NCBI GenBank assembly: GCA_009602725.1
Contig: WELB01000021.1
Location: 103,214 to 165,444 of the forward strand
DNA from: Spirogloea muscicola
Lineage: Eukaryota
Direction: 5' to 3'
Length of the DNA: 62,231 nt
Below the pieces are notes generated by a model. That model was not told the origin of the DNA. It did not search any database and saw nothing but the letters and a program-made list of their open reading frames with translations. This document shows, piece after piece, positions 13,218 to 26,716 of the stretch. Position numbers and translations under genes: made by a program. Within the stretch, counting starts at the first letter, position 1. The number at the start of each line of letters is the position of its first letter.

Positions 13218-13959
13218 GNNNNNNNNNNNNNNNNNNNNNNNNNNNNNNNNNNNNNNNNNNNNNNNNNNNNNNNNNNNNNNNNNNNNNNNNNNNNNNNNNN
13301 NNNNNNNNNNNNNNNNNNNNNNNNNNNNNNNNNNNNNNNNNNNNNNNNNNNNNNNNNNNNNNNNNNNNNNNNNNNNNNNNNNNNNNNNNNNNNNNNNNNN
13401 NNNNNNNNNNNNNNNNNNNNNNNNNNNNNNNNNNNNNNNNNNNNNNNNNNNNNNNNNNNNNNNNNNNNNNNNNNNNNNNNNNNNNNNNNNNNNNNNNNNN
13501 NNNNNNNNNNNNNNNNNNNNNNNNNNNNNNNNNNNNNNNNNNNNNNNNNNNNNNNNNNNNNNNNNNNNNNNNNNNNNNNNNNNNNNNNNNNNNNNNNNNN
13601 NNNNNNNNNNNNNNNNNNNNNNNNNNNNNNNNNNNNNNNNNNNNNNNNNNNNNNNNNNNNNNNNNNNNNNNNNNNNNNNNNNNNNNNNNNNNNNNNNNNN
13701 NNNNNNNNNNNNNNNNNNNNNNNNNNNNNNNNNNNNNNNNNNNNNNNNNNNNNNNNNNNNNNNNNNNNNNNNNNNNNNNNNNNNNNNNNNNNNNNNNNNN
13801 NNNNNNNNNNNNNNNNNNNNNNNNNNNNNNNNNNNNNNNNNNNNNNNNNNNNNNNNNNNNNNNNNGGCGGCGGCGGCGACGGCCCGCGGGCGGCGTCCGG
13901 AGCGAGGGCTCCCCCCTGCGCGGCCAGCAGCGCCCGGAGCGGGCGACGGCGGAGCAGCG

Positions 13960-16900
13960 ATGGCCAAGGTCAGGGGAGAGCCCCCACCGCCCAGCAGCCA
14001 GCGCAGAGGCGAGGCCTCGGTGGCGCGGCAGCACGGCCGACGGGCCTCGCTCAGCTCCTAACGAGCCACAGATGGACTATGGCCGTGGACCCACTAAATG
14101 AAAGGGACGTTTCGTCTCATTTTTACTCAACTTTGTCAGCTGAGTCGGCCATCGACTGGCATGCTGCGCCGCGCAGGCCGCGGGCGTCGACAACACCGCG
14201 CGCCGCAAGTGGGACCGCGACGAATACGAGCAGCGGGCGCGGGAGCTCGAGCAGGTGGGCTCCCGGCCTCTGCCCAAACACAAAGACCGACTGTCGTGGG
14301 CGCCTGCTCGGCGATGAGCGCTTGTGGCGACGGTGGCTGCCGGATGCTGCCTTGGCAGCGCGCACCCGTCAGCTTCGGAGCTCTGCTTCCGTCCCGTCAT
14401 CGTCCGCTCTTGGTCCTGCTGTGGGGTTCTCACGGTCTCGCAGCCGAGGTCAAGCCTCGCAGCTGCTCCTCTGCAATGCTCGTCGGCTCGGCCCCTTTCT
14501 GACACTACGCTTCGCCGCTCCACGCAGGAGGAGGAGGAGCGCGCCCGCCCCTTACGTACAGCCGCCTGACCTTTCAGCCTTGTCTCAAAGCCCTTATATA
14601 CAGGGTCACAATATGTCGAAAATCAAGAAAACCCTGACAGTGACTTGTTAAGCCCATCGTGCCAGACATCCGTCTCAAAGTCGGTCTATATGATGTCTGT
14701 CCTCCTCTTCCTTAACCTCCTAATGACCTGAACCCAGCTCTGAGCCCTCAAGAGGTCATCACTGCTCATAGCCCAGCTGCGAGAGCTTTGTTGCAACAGC
14801 TTCAGCTCCCTCCTGCACGGCTCCAGAGCAGCCCATCCTTACGCAGATGCTGGGGGCGTTTCTAATGAAGTGCTATATCTGATCTTGCTGTCGCTTCTCC
14901 GTCCCTTTTCTTTCCTTAGTGGCCTCTCTTCTCCCTCCACCGCTTGCATCCCCTCCTTACGCATGCTGCCTCCGGCCCAACCCCCCTCCTTGCATGTGTG
15001 CAGCGAGAGGGCCGGCTGTGCAGCGGGCGCCGCTGAAGCAGCGTGATCACTCCGTGGACCTTGCCTCGCGCCTAGGCAAGACGCAGGTGGGGGCCCTCTC
15101 ACCTGGCCGTTGCACGCTGCTATCAGCCACCTCCAGCCTTTGGGCCTGTCCGTGTGCATCGCCTCAGATGCTCCCGCCTTTGATCTGGACTGCACTACTG
15201 ACTATCTGACAAACATCCCCGCATATCTTCTTTCTCTGTTGTTCCTATGTCTCTGTTGCTCTCATTCTGACGTGCATCTCCCATGTTCTCACTTTGCAGG
15301 TGGTGACGCAGGTCACGCCACTCAGCCAACAGGTGAGGGGCTTGGGCCTGTACGTGTCTCAAGCCCGCAGACTTTGATTGTATGTACTATACTGGCTGAC
15401 CACCCAAGTATATGTCATATGCTCTGAAGCTCAAGGCCCAATTTGTACTGTCCTTTCAGCTGCTTGTCTTGTTCTCAACTTGCGCACGTACTCGCAGGAG
15501 CACCGTAGCTCTTTAAAATCTGCGTGCTAGCGGCCCTGGAATTGACAGTGGTGCCAGCGGGGGGCCCTGTTGCGGGTGCACCCCAGGCAGGCTATTACTG
15601 CAATGTGTGCGAGTGCGTTGTGAAGGACTCAGCTAACTACCTTGACCACATCAATGGCAAAAAGCGTGAGTGGCTGCCATGAAAAGCAGAAATTAAAAGT
15701 CTGCAGACTTGCAAGTCGGGCAGCCTCCTGTGTGGCACATTCAAGCTGCAGTCGCTTTGGCGAGAAGAAGTTGGCTGTGAGCTCTTGAGCTCTAGAAGGC
15801 TGATTGCTAGAGGGGAAGTTGCTCTGTGGTGCAGTCTCATCTGCCCTTCTATAGACTCTGACTCAGCTTCAGGATTCAGGGGTTGAGGGTTTGAGAACTG
15901 ATTCAGCGAGTTGCCTTATCATCCCATCATGTCACGTGACCTTGGACTTTACCCTGTAGATTGCAGAAGCTGACCCACTGAATGTCAACCCCGTTTCTGT
16001 GATGTCTGATGGTGTGGCCAGACCAACGGGCGCTGGGCATGTCCATGCGGGTGGAGCGGTCCAATGTGCACCAGGTCAAGATACTGCGGCAGCGTAGTTG
16101 ACCTCAAGGCTGTGTTGCAAAGGAGCTGCCAGACGTCAGACCTGGAGTTGCGGTGTATTTCTGCCTCCTTGGTAATGATTTTCACCAGCAAATACGAGCC
16201 TCGTGCAGGTAAGAGATCGATTGGAGGAGCTGAAGCGGAAAAAGGAGCAGATTTCAACATTGACAGAGAAAGGTCAGTGCAGCTGGTCCATGACGAAAAG
16301 AAGGCCTCCCGAATGCTTTGCTCAACATATCTGCCATGTATACCCTGTTCTGTCGTCATCTAGGTAGCGGTTTTGCTATTGCCTGTCTTTCGTCTAAGAT
16401 CCAGGCAAAAGAACTCCTGGTGGTTACAAGCCCCCTGTCTCTCATAAGAGCACCCAGCCGTCCTCACTTATGCAAGCCCATAAGAGCAATGTCTGCTCCA
16501 TAGGAGACTGTCGTACAATCCTGTGTGCCTTACCAGAGGGCAGGCTTGTTGTTGTGAGCACTGGCACTTCTTTGCCCAGGTGCACATGTCAGTCACTAGA
16601 GTCCTGCTGTGGTCAAAGGCAAGGTGCCGAGGAGCCTCAGGCCGGCAAGTGCAGCTTTTGCCGCAGATTTTGACGCCAGGATACTTAAGCAGCAGGAGGA
16701 GGAGGAGGAGCGGAAACGGCAACGCAAGGAGCGCAAAAAGGAAAAGAAGGTCCAGCGTCCTCAAGCTCTGTTTGAAACCCCTAGATGTCTCCACTTGTCA
16801 CTATGATGGCTAGCCTTCAAGCAGCCAGAGGTGAGAGAGTGACCGGCATCTCTACTCACACCTGTGCAGAAAGAGAAGGCGGGGGAAGGGCTCCCAGCAG

Positions 16901-16965
16901 CTGACGTGGATGTGGATGTCGCGGCCCTTATGGGATTTGGGGGATTTGGCACGACAAAGGCCTAG
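13960..16965 (+). CDS. ZMAT2: Zinc finger matrin-type 2 / Snu23 spliceosomal protein; ~10 short exons
   Basis: Spliced [26 protein letters not shown]...[60 protein letters not shown]...[13 protein letters not shown]. Confidence 0.95.
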
Positions 16966-17332
16966 CCTTTGTGCTGCTACCTCTGGCTGCGCATGACATT
17001 ATGTATATACACATTATGTATCCGACATTGCCCAAGGCTTGAAATCTGTGATTGCATGTTCTGCTGTTCCTGTTGCAAAACACATGCCCACGAGGGTGCC
17101 TGTCACCTTCGGCATGTGCAAGTACTTGCTGGGTAAGGTCATTGTAGTAGGGCGAGTTGCTTGGAACAGGACGTTGTTAACGTTGCTCCCTCCTTAATAG
17201 TCTAGTTCAGCAGCTAGTATCATGTTGGAACGAACACAGTGCTCTCTACATCAAGACATACGTAATAAAGAGGCAACGTCTTAGGCAGCATATCAAGACT
17301 ACAAGCAGCAACAAACAAAGCAGGGGTGTAGA

Positions 17333-19395
17333 CTATGCATCAACACCAAGCACTGATACAGCACTCGTGGCGGGCTCTTGTATGGAGGTAGTGCATGTAA
17401 GGTCTATTAAGGCCACAGCTGCGGTGACCGGCAACACTCTCCGGCACAGCTGCTCCCAGTTCTGTGCAGTGCTATTGAGGCTGCCATCCAAAGTTGAATC
17501 ATCCACAGATGCATGCTCCTGGAGATTCTTTGACGCTGTGAGAAATAAATGCAAGTCAACATAATATCAGAATGCGTCAGACAAGGCTTGTCTAGGCTCT
17601 TCAACTGATTTTTGTAGTACATTCGCACAGCATTTTGGCATGTCAATGATGAATCGTCTGCTTTCAGCATCAGACCACGAGATTTCTGTAAGGTGGTGCT
17701 TAGTGACCTTGGAAGAGATCTAGAGTCATTTTCCGGGCTGCCTCTCTAGCTTCAGGAAGTTGATCGACTATCTGTGTACCCGCAATCTTGACCAGGGCAT
17801 CAAGGCCCCACTTGGCAAGTCCATCAGCCCCCTGTTGACATGAGTGCGCTTGTAATGCTTAGCAATCAGTCTAGCATCCCCAATCACTGAATCCAGCTGC
17901 TCTCCTTATGCTGCTACAATAATCAGTTAAACTTGATGACATGTTACACCCACGCAACATGCAAGTCCGGTCCTACACCTTTTCCTGCATGATTGTTGGT
18001 CGTGCCAAGGTCTTGTAGTGGCTTCTGGACAAAGCAGCTTGCTAGAGGCACACGATGAAGCTTGGTGCCGTTGCCGGCTTTGGATGTACGTGAAGCTCAC
18101 CAGCTTTGCAGCAGTCTGTTGTAGGGCTACCGTGGCTTTGGCACGAACACGAGGGTTTCGATGCTGTACAAGATGCTGTAGCTTCATCAGCAGGGGTCCC
18201 GGGGAAAGAGCTGTGGTCATAGATTGGAGGGTTCTTGCTGCTTCCTCGCACACAAATTGCTTATCTTGGGATGCCTTCATGAGCAGGTGTGGTAGCTGCA
18301 CAAATGCATGAAAGGTAATGTCAACCCTGCACTGTGGCAGTTGACATAGATTCACACCACAAAGGGGGGGTGTGGAATGGCATCGATGAACAAGGAACTC
18401 ACTGGGGCAAACTTGTATTGCAATCGTGACGGAAAGGGATCTGAACGTAGATGCTACAATGCCACACTGTGACTAGAAGAAGTGCATAAGCTGCCAGACC
18501 ACAAGCACACCGGCCTTCAGGCATTGCCTTACAATCTGGTCAATGTAGTCAAGCATTCCATCCGCATAGGCAGCCAGGAGGTCCGCAGTGACCATGATTG
18601 CTGTCTTGCAGAGCACGCTTCGAGGACTTTGCATTGACCTCAGTATTGAAGGGATCACAGATTCTCTGCACTTCCAGCTTGATTATTGTGAGCCTAATAT
18701 ATTGTTGCAGAGTGGGCATGGGTCCTCTTCAGCAGCATGTCAAGAACTACTTGTTAAGCGCATTACAAAATGTGCTGAGAATTACTCCTGCGCTGATGTC
18801 ATACTTGAGCATCCAGAGGTGCAGTCTTTCACTCAAACTGCTCAGTATACTGCTCTGCTCATGCCCAGCCAATTGGACATCCAGGCAAGCCTACAAAAGG
18901 TGGTCTCACACAAATACAAGGGAGGAAGAAATGCTCACAGTTGAGGCCGGAAAGCAAGCCTGTGAAAGATTGACAATTGCCGCACATTGACCAAGGCGTG
19001 GCAGACGACAGACCAGTTCTTCGAGCTCAGGCGCTGTGAGATAGTCTGCACAGACTCACCAGCCCTCTTTGTAAGGCAGAATGTGCTATGCAATCAGCAT
19101 TGGTTGATGAGCCAAGGGCATCAGTACGTACATTCAAACAAGACTGAGCGTCTTCAACAGGTTGAAGATCTTCTGTTGGCATGTACTCAACGGGAACTGC
19201 TTGCATGCTCTCCCCTTCTTCACTGCTCCTCGGCACGCACTGAGGCTTGTGTGGCACAGCCAGCAGCTCTGGCCTAGCAAGGTTGCTGTCATAGTTCTCT
19301 TCATTGCCCCGAAAGGAACTGTTTGTTCTGGTGAGTGTTCTACGCTCGTCCAACTTCCGGCGGCCGTCAACGCTCTCCAGCCTCTGGAGAGCCAT
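17333..19395 (-). CDS. TOG/CLASP-N (ARM/HEAT repeat) domain protein; ~6 exons
   Basis: VEYMPTEDLQP..|..LSSKNWSVVCHALVNVRQLSIFH..|..SMQSPRSVLCKTAIM..|LLMKASQDKQFVCEEA..HRNPRVRAKA..|..DQLPEAREAARK, motifs typical of the plant single-TOG ARM family. Confidence 0.85.
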
Positions 19396-19894
19396 CAGGC
19401 CAGCCCTGCTGCAGGGCCGGAATGATGGCACAGGTCGCAGCTTTCTGCAACGTCCTTGATGACTTGGTCGCCTTTCAGCAGAAGCCCTGTTCCTCTGGAA
19501 TTAGGTTCGTGGACAACAATGACTTCTTGCCACGATGGAGTTGCGCGGCCGCAGCATCTTGTGGCGCCGGGGAAGGTGCTCTCCGCCGCCAGTGGCGGCC
19601 AGCTCTGGCTCGTTGACGTCTACGGCGTCCTCCGGGCGGCCTCGTGGCTCTCCCCGCCAAGCGAGCACGCGAAGGGCGAGGAGCGGAGGAGACGAGCAGC
19701 AGCGCGGTCCTCGGGGCGCCAGCAGGCAGCGGCGGCAGGGATGAGGGTGGTGGCAGCTTTTGAATGGCCTTTTGGCGCGCACACAGGTCGTAAACGGTGT
19801 AGTGGGGAAATTTGGCTTTCGTAGCTGGTCTACGAGGAGGGCAACGTCTAATGGCAGCTCGGCACCCACCGGTGTGTGGAGGCGCAAGAAGGGT

Positions 19895-20420
19895 CTTGGC
19901 CCCTTCGAACCTTTGTCAATTCTTGTTGGGCTGGCTTTTCACAACCCTTGCCCCCATTGTGAGAGCCACTTCACTTCTCTTGTCCAACTTCTTGTCTTCC
20001 TCTTTCCGTGATGTCTTGTCACGACTGATGTCACGAAGAGAACAGCTCCTCCATTGTAAGAAAAAGCAAGCGCGGCCAGGTTAACTGGTGGCTGGGAGAG
20101 GCCAGCCCAAAAGAAATGGACAAGGTTTGAAGGAGCCGGGGTGCTAAGGACTGAGACAGCAGTAAGCGAACTCTCAGTAACCTAAGTAAGGCAATGGCCG
20201 TGAGGCCAGCATAAAGGCACGTACAAACAGAAGGAAGACTGTATTTGGTAGAGGGCGATGGCTGTGATTGGCCAGCCCAGAAAAACAAGCAAGAAAGGGG
20301 CAGGACGAGCTACAACAGCCACTCAAGTGGCCACAGGGTGCTCAATATCACATACAAGGGGATATATACTATGTACAAGGACAGGAAGAAGCGCTTCCAA
20401 ATTGGGCGATGGCTGTGTTA
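19895..20420. repeat. Retroelement 3'-end remnants: one + copy facing three - copies
   Basis: 19897-19972 is near-identical to 7125-7196 and 43850-43925. Minus-strand units lie at ~20085-20190 (with LGY* stop at 20174), ~20245-20285 and ~20385-20420. Confidence 0.8.
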
Positions 20421-20774
20421 TAGTAAATCACGGATTCTCAAATCGGGATAATAAACCCCATGGCGCTGGCTCGCCGGGGTTGGCGGCCGGCGTTAACGAC
20501 TTTGCAGATGCGGCTGACGGGACGACCACCCCCAATGGAACTTGCGCGGCACCTGGGCGCATCTGCGCCGTCCATGTAAAACCCCCAGGTCCCACCAACC
20601 TACCCCCATTTGCCCACCCCCCCCCCCCACTTCAAACGGCAGCCTGGCACCCGCCGTACCCGCACTTTGATGGTGGATCCACCAAGGAATCTGATCCATA
20701 GCTAGATCCTTTCGCGGGCAGCGCGAGCGGGAACGGCTTCCCGGGGTTCGACAACGGGCGACCCAGGGGCGGCN

Positions 20775-22238
<1,464 letters not shown>

Positions 22239-23409
22239 AGCACTTCTGGTACTTTTGGGAGGTCTTCTTGGGAGGTGCATTGCGCAGGGTGTATTGTGCC
22301 TTAGATTGATGTAGAGGTTCCAATTGAAGGTTGCTCCTTTCACGTCTTCATCCAACACGTTTTCCTTTGAGTCAGCAGACCAGCACCTGAGCAACTTGCG
22401 CTTGCCGCCGCAAGTTTTGATGAACTGTTGTGTATTTGAGGTGGCCACTGTTGGGCTACACAGTGGCTCTTACAGCTTGTCAATTCTTCGCTCTATTATG
22501 CATTGCAAGCCTCGGTCGTGTCAAGTGGCTTTTCCATGGGGACAGACTTCAATAGAGCATCTGGACTGTTTGGATGCGCTTCATGTTTTTGTTAGAGTCC
22601 TGGCTCTCGACTTAGAATATGAGTATCATAGTAACAGGAGCAGGAGAAATTGTGTACCATTACCCTCGCTGTGTGGGTCACAACGTGGACAGGGGCAGGT
22701 AGTTAGTTAGTGATTAGACACTAATCATTCCTTATTGTATGACACCGTTTACAATATCGCAGTCACAGTGCTCCAGACGATGACGCAGTTGCTTAGTGAG
22801 TGGCCATTGCAGCATGCTTCCGCCTCAGCCACTTCACTAACAATCAGCTGTGAGGATGTGAAGAGTAGACGACGTAGCCCCGCATGCATTTGAGGGAGGT
22901 GCCGTGGGTCGAATCTAAGGACTAGGTGATAGGCAGCAACTTGGGGAAGTATTTGACTCCAACCCAGTGGGCGCTAGTAGAGCTCATCTGGACAGGCATG
23001 CACATGCATCGGGCACTTATACTACTCTGAGGCACGTCTGCTCCCGTGCCCTGGCTATGGCTGCAGCCCAACTGGGGTGCAGAACAAACCCTGTGTGCAT
23101 CAGCTGTCCGCCAGCATGAGTGGATTTGCGCTGTACAGCTGAGAAAGAGACACTCTGCTGATCCTGCGGAGAAAAGGCGCGCAATACGCATGAGATATAG
23201 GGAAGGCCAATTTAAGCCTCAGTGAACATTGCTCAGGCAGAAATTAGTGGAGAATAAAATTCTGTAGAGAGGGCCACACGACCATTTGGGTACTTAGGGG
23301 GTTGGGAATACAAGAGGCGATGGTCAATGAAGCCAGTCGGGAGATGCAATGTGAGTAGTCGCCAGCTCTTGAAGAGCAATGCACCGGTGGCAATTAATCT
23401 GAGCTAAAG

Positions 23410-24241
23410 TCAATCAAGACTGGCAACAGTAACATTCTTGGCTTTCAGATAGTCTTGCCACTTCACAGGCCGCCTTATAGCACCAGGGTACTGTACTACT
23501 GCTGGCAGCTTCTTTGTGCTCAGCAATGTGCTTCCTGGACCAAGGAGCTTGGTGACTGCAAGCAGCTGGGAGTCGTCGGCGGAGTTTATCCCAGCCTTGG
23601 GCTTTGGGAAGTCGCTCAGCAGACGGCTTATGTACCTGAACAGTAATTGAAGCACAATGCAGCAAAGTCACAGAAGGAGGTCAATACTGCCAAACAGCTA
23701 CAACAGACTCGACGTGCCAGTATCAAGCTCTTGTGGGCAGACTGCCACTAGGCACAGTGCGGGAAGATCGCAGAGGGTGCAAGCTGAAGCGGCAGCCCTC
23801 AGGTGCTTACCAGAGCCTCGTGTAGGACTCGGTGACGACGATGTCTCCACCCAGCATCTTCAGCTGCTCCACGACATCGGCGGTGCCGGGCTTGTCGCCC
23901 ACCACGTTGATGGTCTTCACCCCGCGCTCTCGGGCCTCCCTAATAAGGGCCCGCCCTGCTTCGCTGTCAGCTGCATTCTGGACAATGACGTCACCTGCGC
24001 AGCAATCGGCCGCCAGGCTGTGGGAGTCAGCTCCGCCGCAGAGCCCCAAAAGGGTCGTCGCCATGGCTCTGCGCTTCGACGGCGCCCGCGGCTGACCCGG
24101 CTTCAAGTCGACGCGATCGAGGAGGTCCGCAGCGGACAGGGAGTAGGGCCGGCCACCGCCGCGACCGCCGCGACCGCCGTGGCCACCGCTTGCTAGCGGC
24201 GTCTGGAGCAGCCTGCGCGACGGCCGCCAGGCGGCTCGCAT
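23410..24241 (-). CDS. Short protein similar to the nucleotide-binding domain of mitochondrial trans-2-enoyl-CoA/ACP reductase (MECR/Etr1); 3 exons
   Basis: Arg-rich presequence-like N-terminus, then AADLLDRVDLKPG|DVIVQNAADSEAGRALIREARERGVKTINVV...VEQLKMLGGDIVVTES..|..PKPKAGIN (MECR-like LKPGD.VIQN.A.S.VG..G++T+NVV). Introns ~24096-23995 and ~23810-23636. Confidence 0.8.
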
Positions 24242-24559
24242 GCTGGCCGCTGCCTCCGCGCCGCGGGCGGGCCGCAGAGGCCTGCGCGCCCGGGCCACAC
24301 GGCGCCTGCTGCGCCGCGGAGCTTGTGGAAGTAACCTACGCAGACCCTAGAAATGGGCGATCGTAGACAGCTCTGGATGCACCACCAGAAGTAGAGAAAG
24401 AAGAGCGAACAAGCTCGTCAGACGAAAGGAAGGCCCTCACGTCGTACGGCCTCCCCCGTGGACCACTGGTCCATTGTTTTGACCAGTAGTCCGATCTTGC
24501 ATCTACATGTTGTAGATCTTGTCCTTTAATGTTGGGCCTTGTTTTCAGGCTAGCTGGCC

Positions 24560-24930
24560 CGCGCGCTGCACCTGCTCGTGCAGGCGGAGCCCTCGCTGCT
24601 GCCTCTGGCTCTGGCTAGGGGACCCGCTTCCAGGAACCCAGTCTCTCTGACCTGAGGCTGCTTAGCAGGGGTTACTGAGTGCTTCGTAGCTGCTTCGTTT
24701 CATTATTTTTGTGCTTGTTGTTCTTCGTGATTCCCCTGGCCCCTTCTCGTCCTTTGTTCATTCTTCTTTGGGCTGGCTTTTTCCAGCCCCTATCCTCAGT
24801 GGGCGAGCCCTTCATCCCGAGAAGTTCACAGCCCTTGCCCCCTTCGGAAGCCACTTCTCGTTCGGGAGAGCCAGTTCGTTTCAGGTGGCCCGCTCTAACA
24901 CCATTGCCTTACATTGCAAAAGCTATTTCT
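24560..24930 (+). mobile_element. 5'-truncated 3' end of the RLE retroelement (inverted partner of 25165-25410)
   Basis: 24560-24690 aligns with the reverse complement of 25280-25410. It encodes SLSDLRLLSRGY* (stop 24676-24678) and is followed by 3'-UTR units. Confidence 0.8.
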
Positions 24931-25164
24931 CCTACCTTAGCCCCTCTTAGCATAGGGCTGAAGGGCTTTGCGCCTTGTAATCCCATGCTTTGCACTAGCT
25001 TTTGCACCAGCTTGAACATCGTATTTGTTAAATTGGCCTCCCTAATATTTCATGTGCACCACGAGTCTTCTCCCTTCGCATAGGGCTTCGTTTCAAGTAG
25101 CTACATTCTTTGCACTAGCTTGTGCCTTTTGCCTGGATGGTGTGTTGGTGTGGATTGGTATGAT

Positions 25165-25800
25165 CTAGAGGAAGAGCGCTTCCAGGAGAGGGCGGTAGCT
25201 GGGAGAGGCCAGCCCATTATGAAGAAGCCAAACTTCGTAGGGGCCATGGAAAAACGCTAAAACACTCGCAGGATCCAGTAGCTACGAAACACTCAGTTAC
25301 CCCTACTAAGCAGCCACAGGCCGGAGAGACTAGTCTCCTGGTAACGGGTCCCTGGCTAGGGCCAGAGGCTGCAGCGAGGGCACGACCGGCACGAAGATGC
25401 AGCGCGCGAGACATGGATCGCAGCAGCGAGAAGGCCACGCGCATGCGATACACCTGCGCGAGCGAGCCTGCTGCATGGAAAATCACCGGCTCCCCAAGGC
25501 TGCGGCGGGAGATCGCGTGTCGGGAGAGCGTGTGGAGCAGCTCGAGCCACCAAGCGCCCACCGCACCGTGGGTGTCGATGGCGAGCAGGAAGAACTCGTC
25601 GTCCCGCGGGTGGTCAGCGTATTTGAGTTCCTTGGCCCGGGCGGCGCAGGCCACCGCATGCCCAGCAGATTCCGTGGGGTGAGTGCTGTCGAAGGCGTCG
25701 GTAGTCATACCGTCCAGGATGAGACGCGGCCCACCAGCCAGGGGAGTGGCCAGGAGGTCGATTTGTCCTCCCCTACCATTCAATCCTACCATTTCATGCG
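25165..25800 (-). mobile_element. Fragment of a CRE-like non-LTR retrotransposon: restriction-like endonuclease (RLE) domain plus 3' UTR
   Basis: IDLL..RLILDGMTT..AVACAARAKELKY..EFFLLAIDTHGAVG..LL..L..YRMRVAFSLLRSMSRAL follows the RLE pattern (D..D+T..A..K..KY..F.PLA.ET.G..G..R+...LQR..A.A+). No reverse transcriptase is present, so the copy is truncated or degenerate. Confidence 0.8.
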
Positions 25801-25849
25801 CACTGCAAGCCTTCTTTCGCAGGAGAAGGAGTGTGTTGAGAGTTAGAGG

Positions 25850-26190
25850 GGCAAAGTACAAAGGCAAGGTCATCGACAGATTGACATCACCTACTGCTAG
25901 GTTGACCCGCTCACCTGATGAATCATTCAGTAACTACGAGTCAGCACGTCGAGTGTCGCCAACGGAAACAGTAACCAACTGATGCGCGAATACCGAACGG
26001 CAAACGACAATCCTTTGTGCCAACAGCTAAAGCTCGAGCTAAAGCTTAGTATTCAGGCATCGATTAAGGAAGTGGCTCTTCCATCAATTTAGCGAACCTT
26101 TATATATTGACCCGTGGTTACTGAGCCGGTCAATCTGCTGTAGGTTATGTAGGTCGTCAGATGTGCTTGGCCATTTGGCCTTCGTTTGTC
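25850..26190. mobile_element. Two head-to-head retroelement 3'-end fragments (- strand 25850-26040; + strand ~26085-26190)
   Basis: The minus copy aligns to 39350-39520 and ends VLTRSY* (stop 25927-25929). The plus copy reads NLYILTRGY* (stop 26122-26124) with a similar downstream sequence. Confidence 0.7.
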
Positions 26191-26716
26191 TCAAATACAC
26201 GACTTCTTTGTTTTGGTTTTTGGTAAAAGCTCGACCAGCGGAGGAGGGCCGGCGCTCCCGGGGGCTGACGTGAGCGTGGCCGGAGGGGGCGTAGGGTTCG
26301 CCGACGGAATCGATCACGCCGTCCTCGCCAGTATGAGTTGGTACGGCCTCGAGTCCTCTTCGTCTTTTAAATTGGCTTCCCCGACGGACCTTTCCCCCCC
26401 GGCTTACGCGGGGCCCACCACCCGCGGGGCACCTCTCCCCTCTCCCTCCGCGCTCCCTCTCTCCTCCCCGTTACCCCATCTCCCCCTCCCCACGGCCTCA
26501 ACATTCATATGATGCGAAGGCTCCCTTCTCGCCCCCGTCTCTCTCCCCGCTTCCCCCTGCCTCCCTCCCCAACTGCGGGGTCATGATACCCCGGCTGCAG
26601 CACGTGAGACCTCCCGCCTCCCCCGCCCCTTTCCATCAGGCGGCTCCAAAAGCGCTGCGGTACCGCCCCGAGCGCCGCCGCCAAGTGCCGCCGTCGGCGG
26701 CGGCGGCGGCGGCGAT

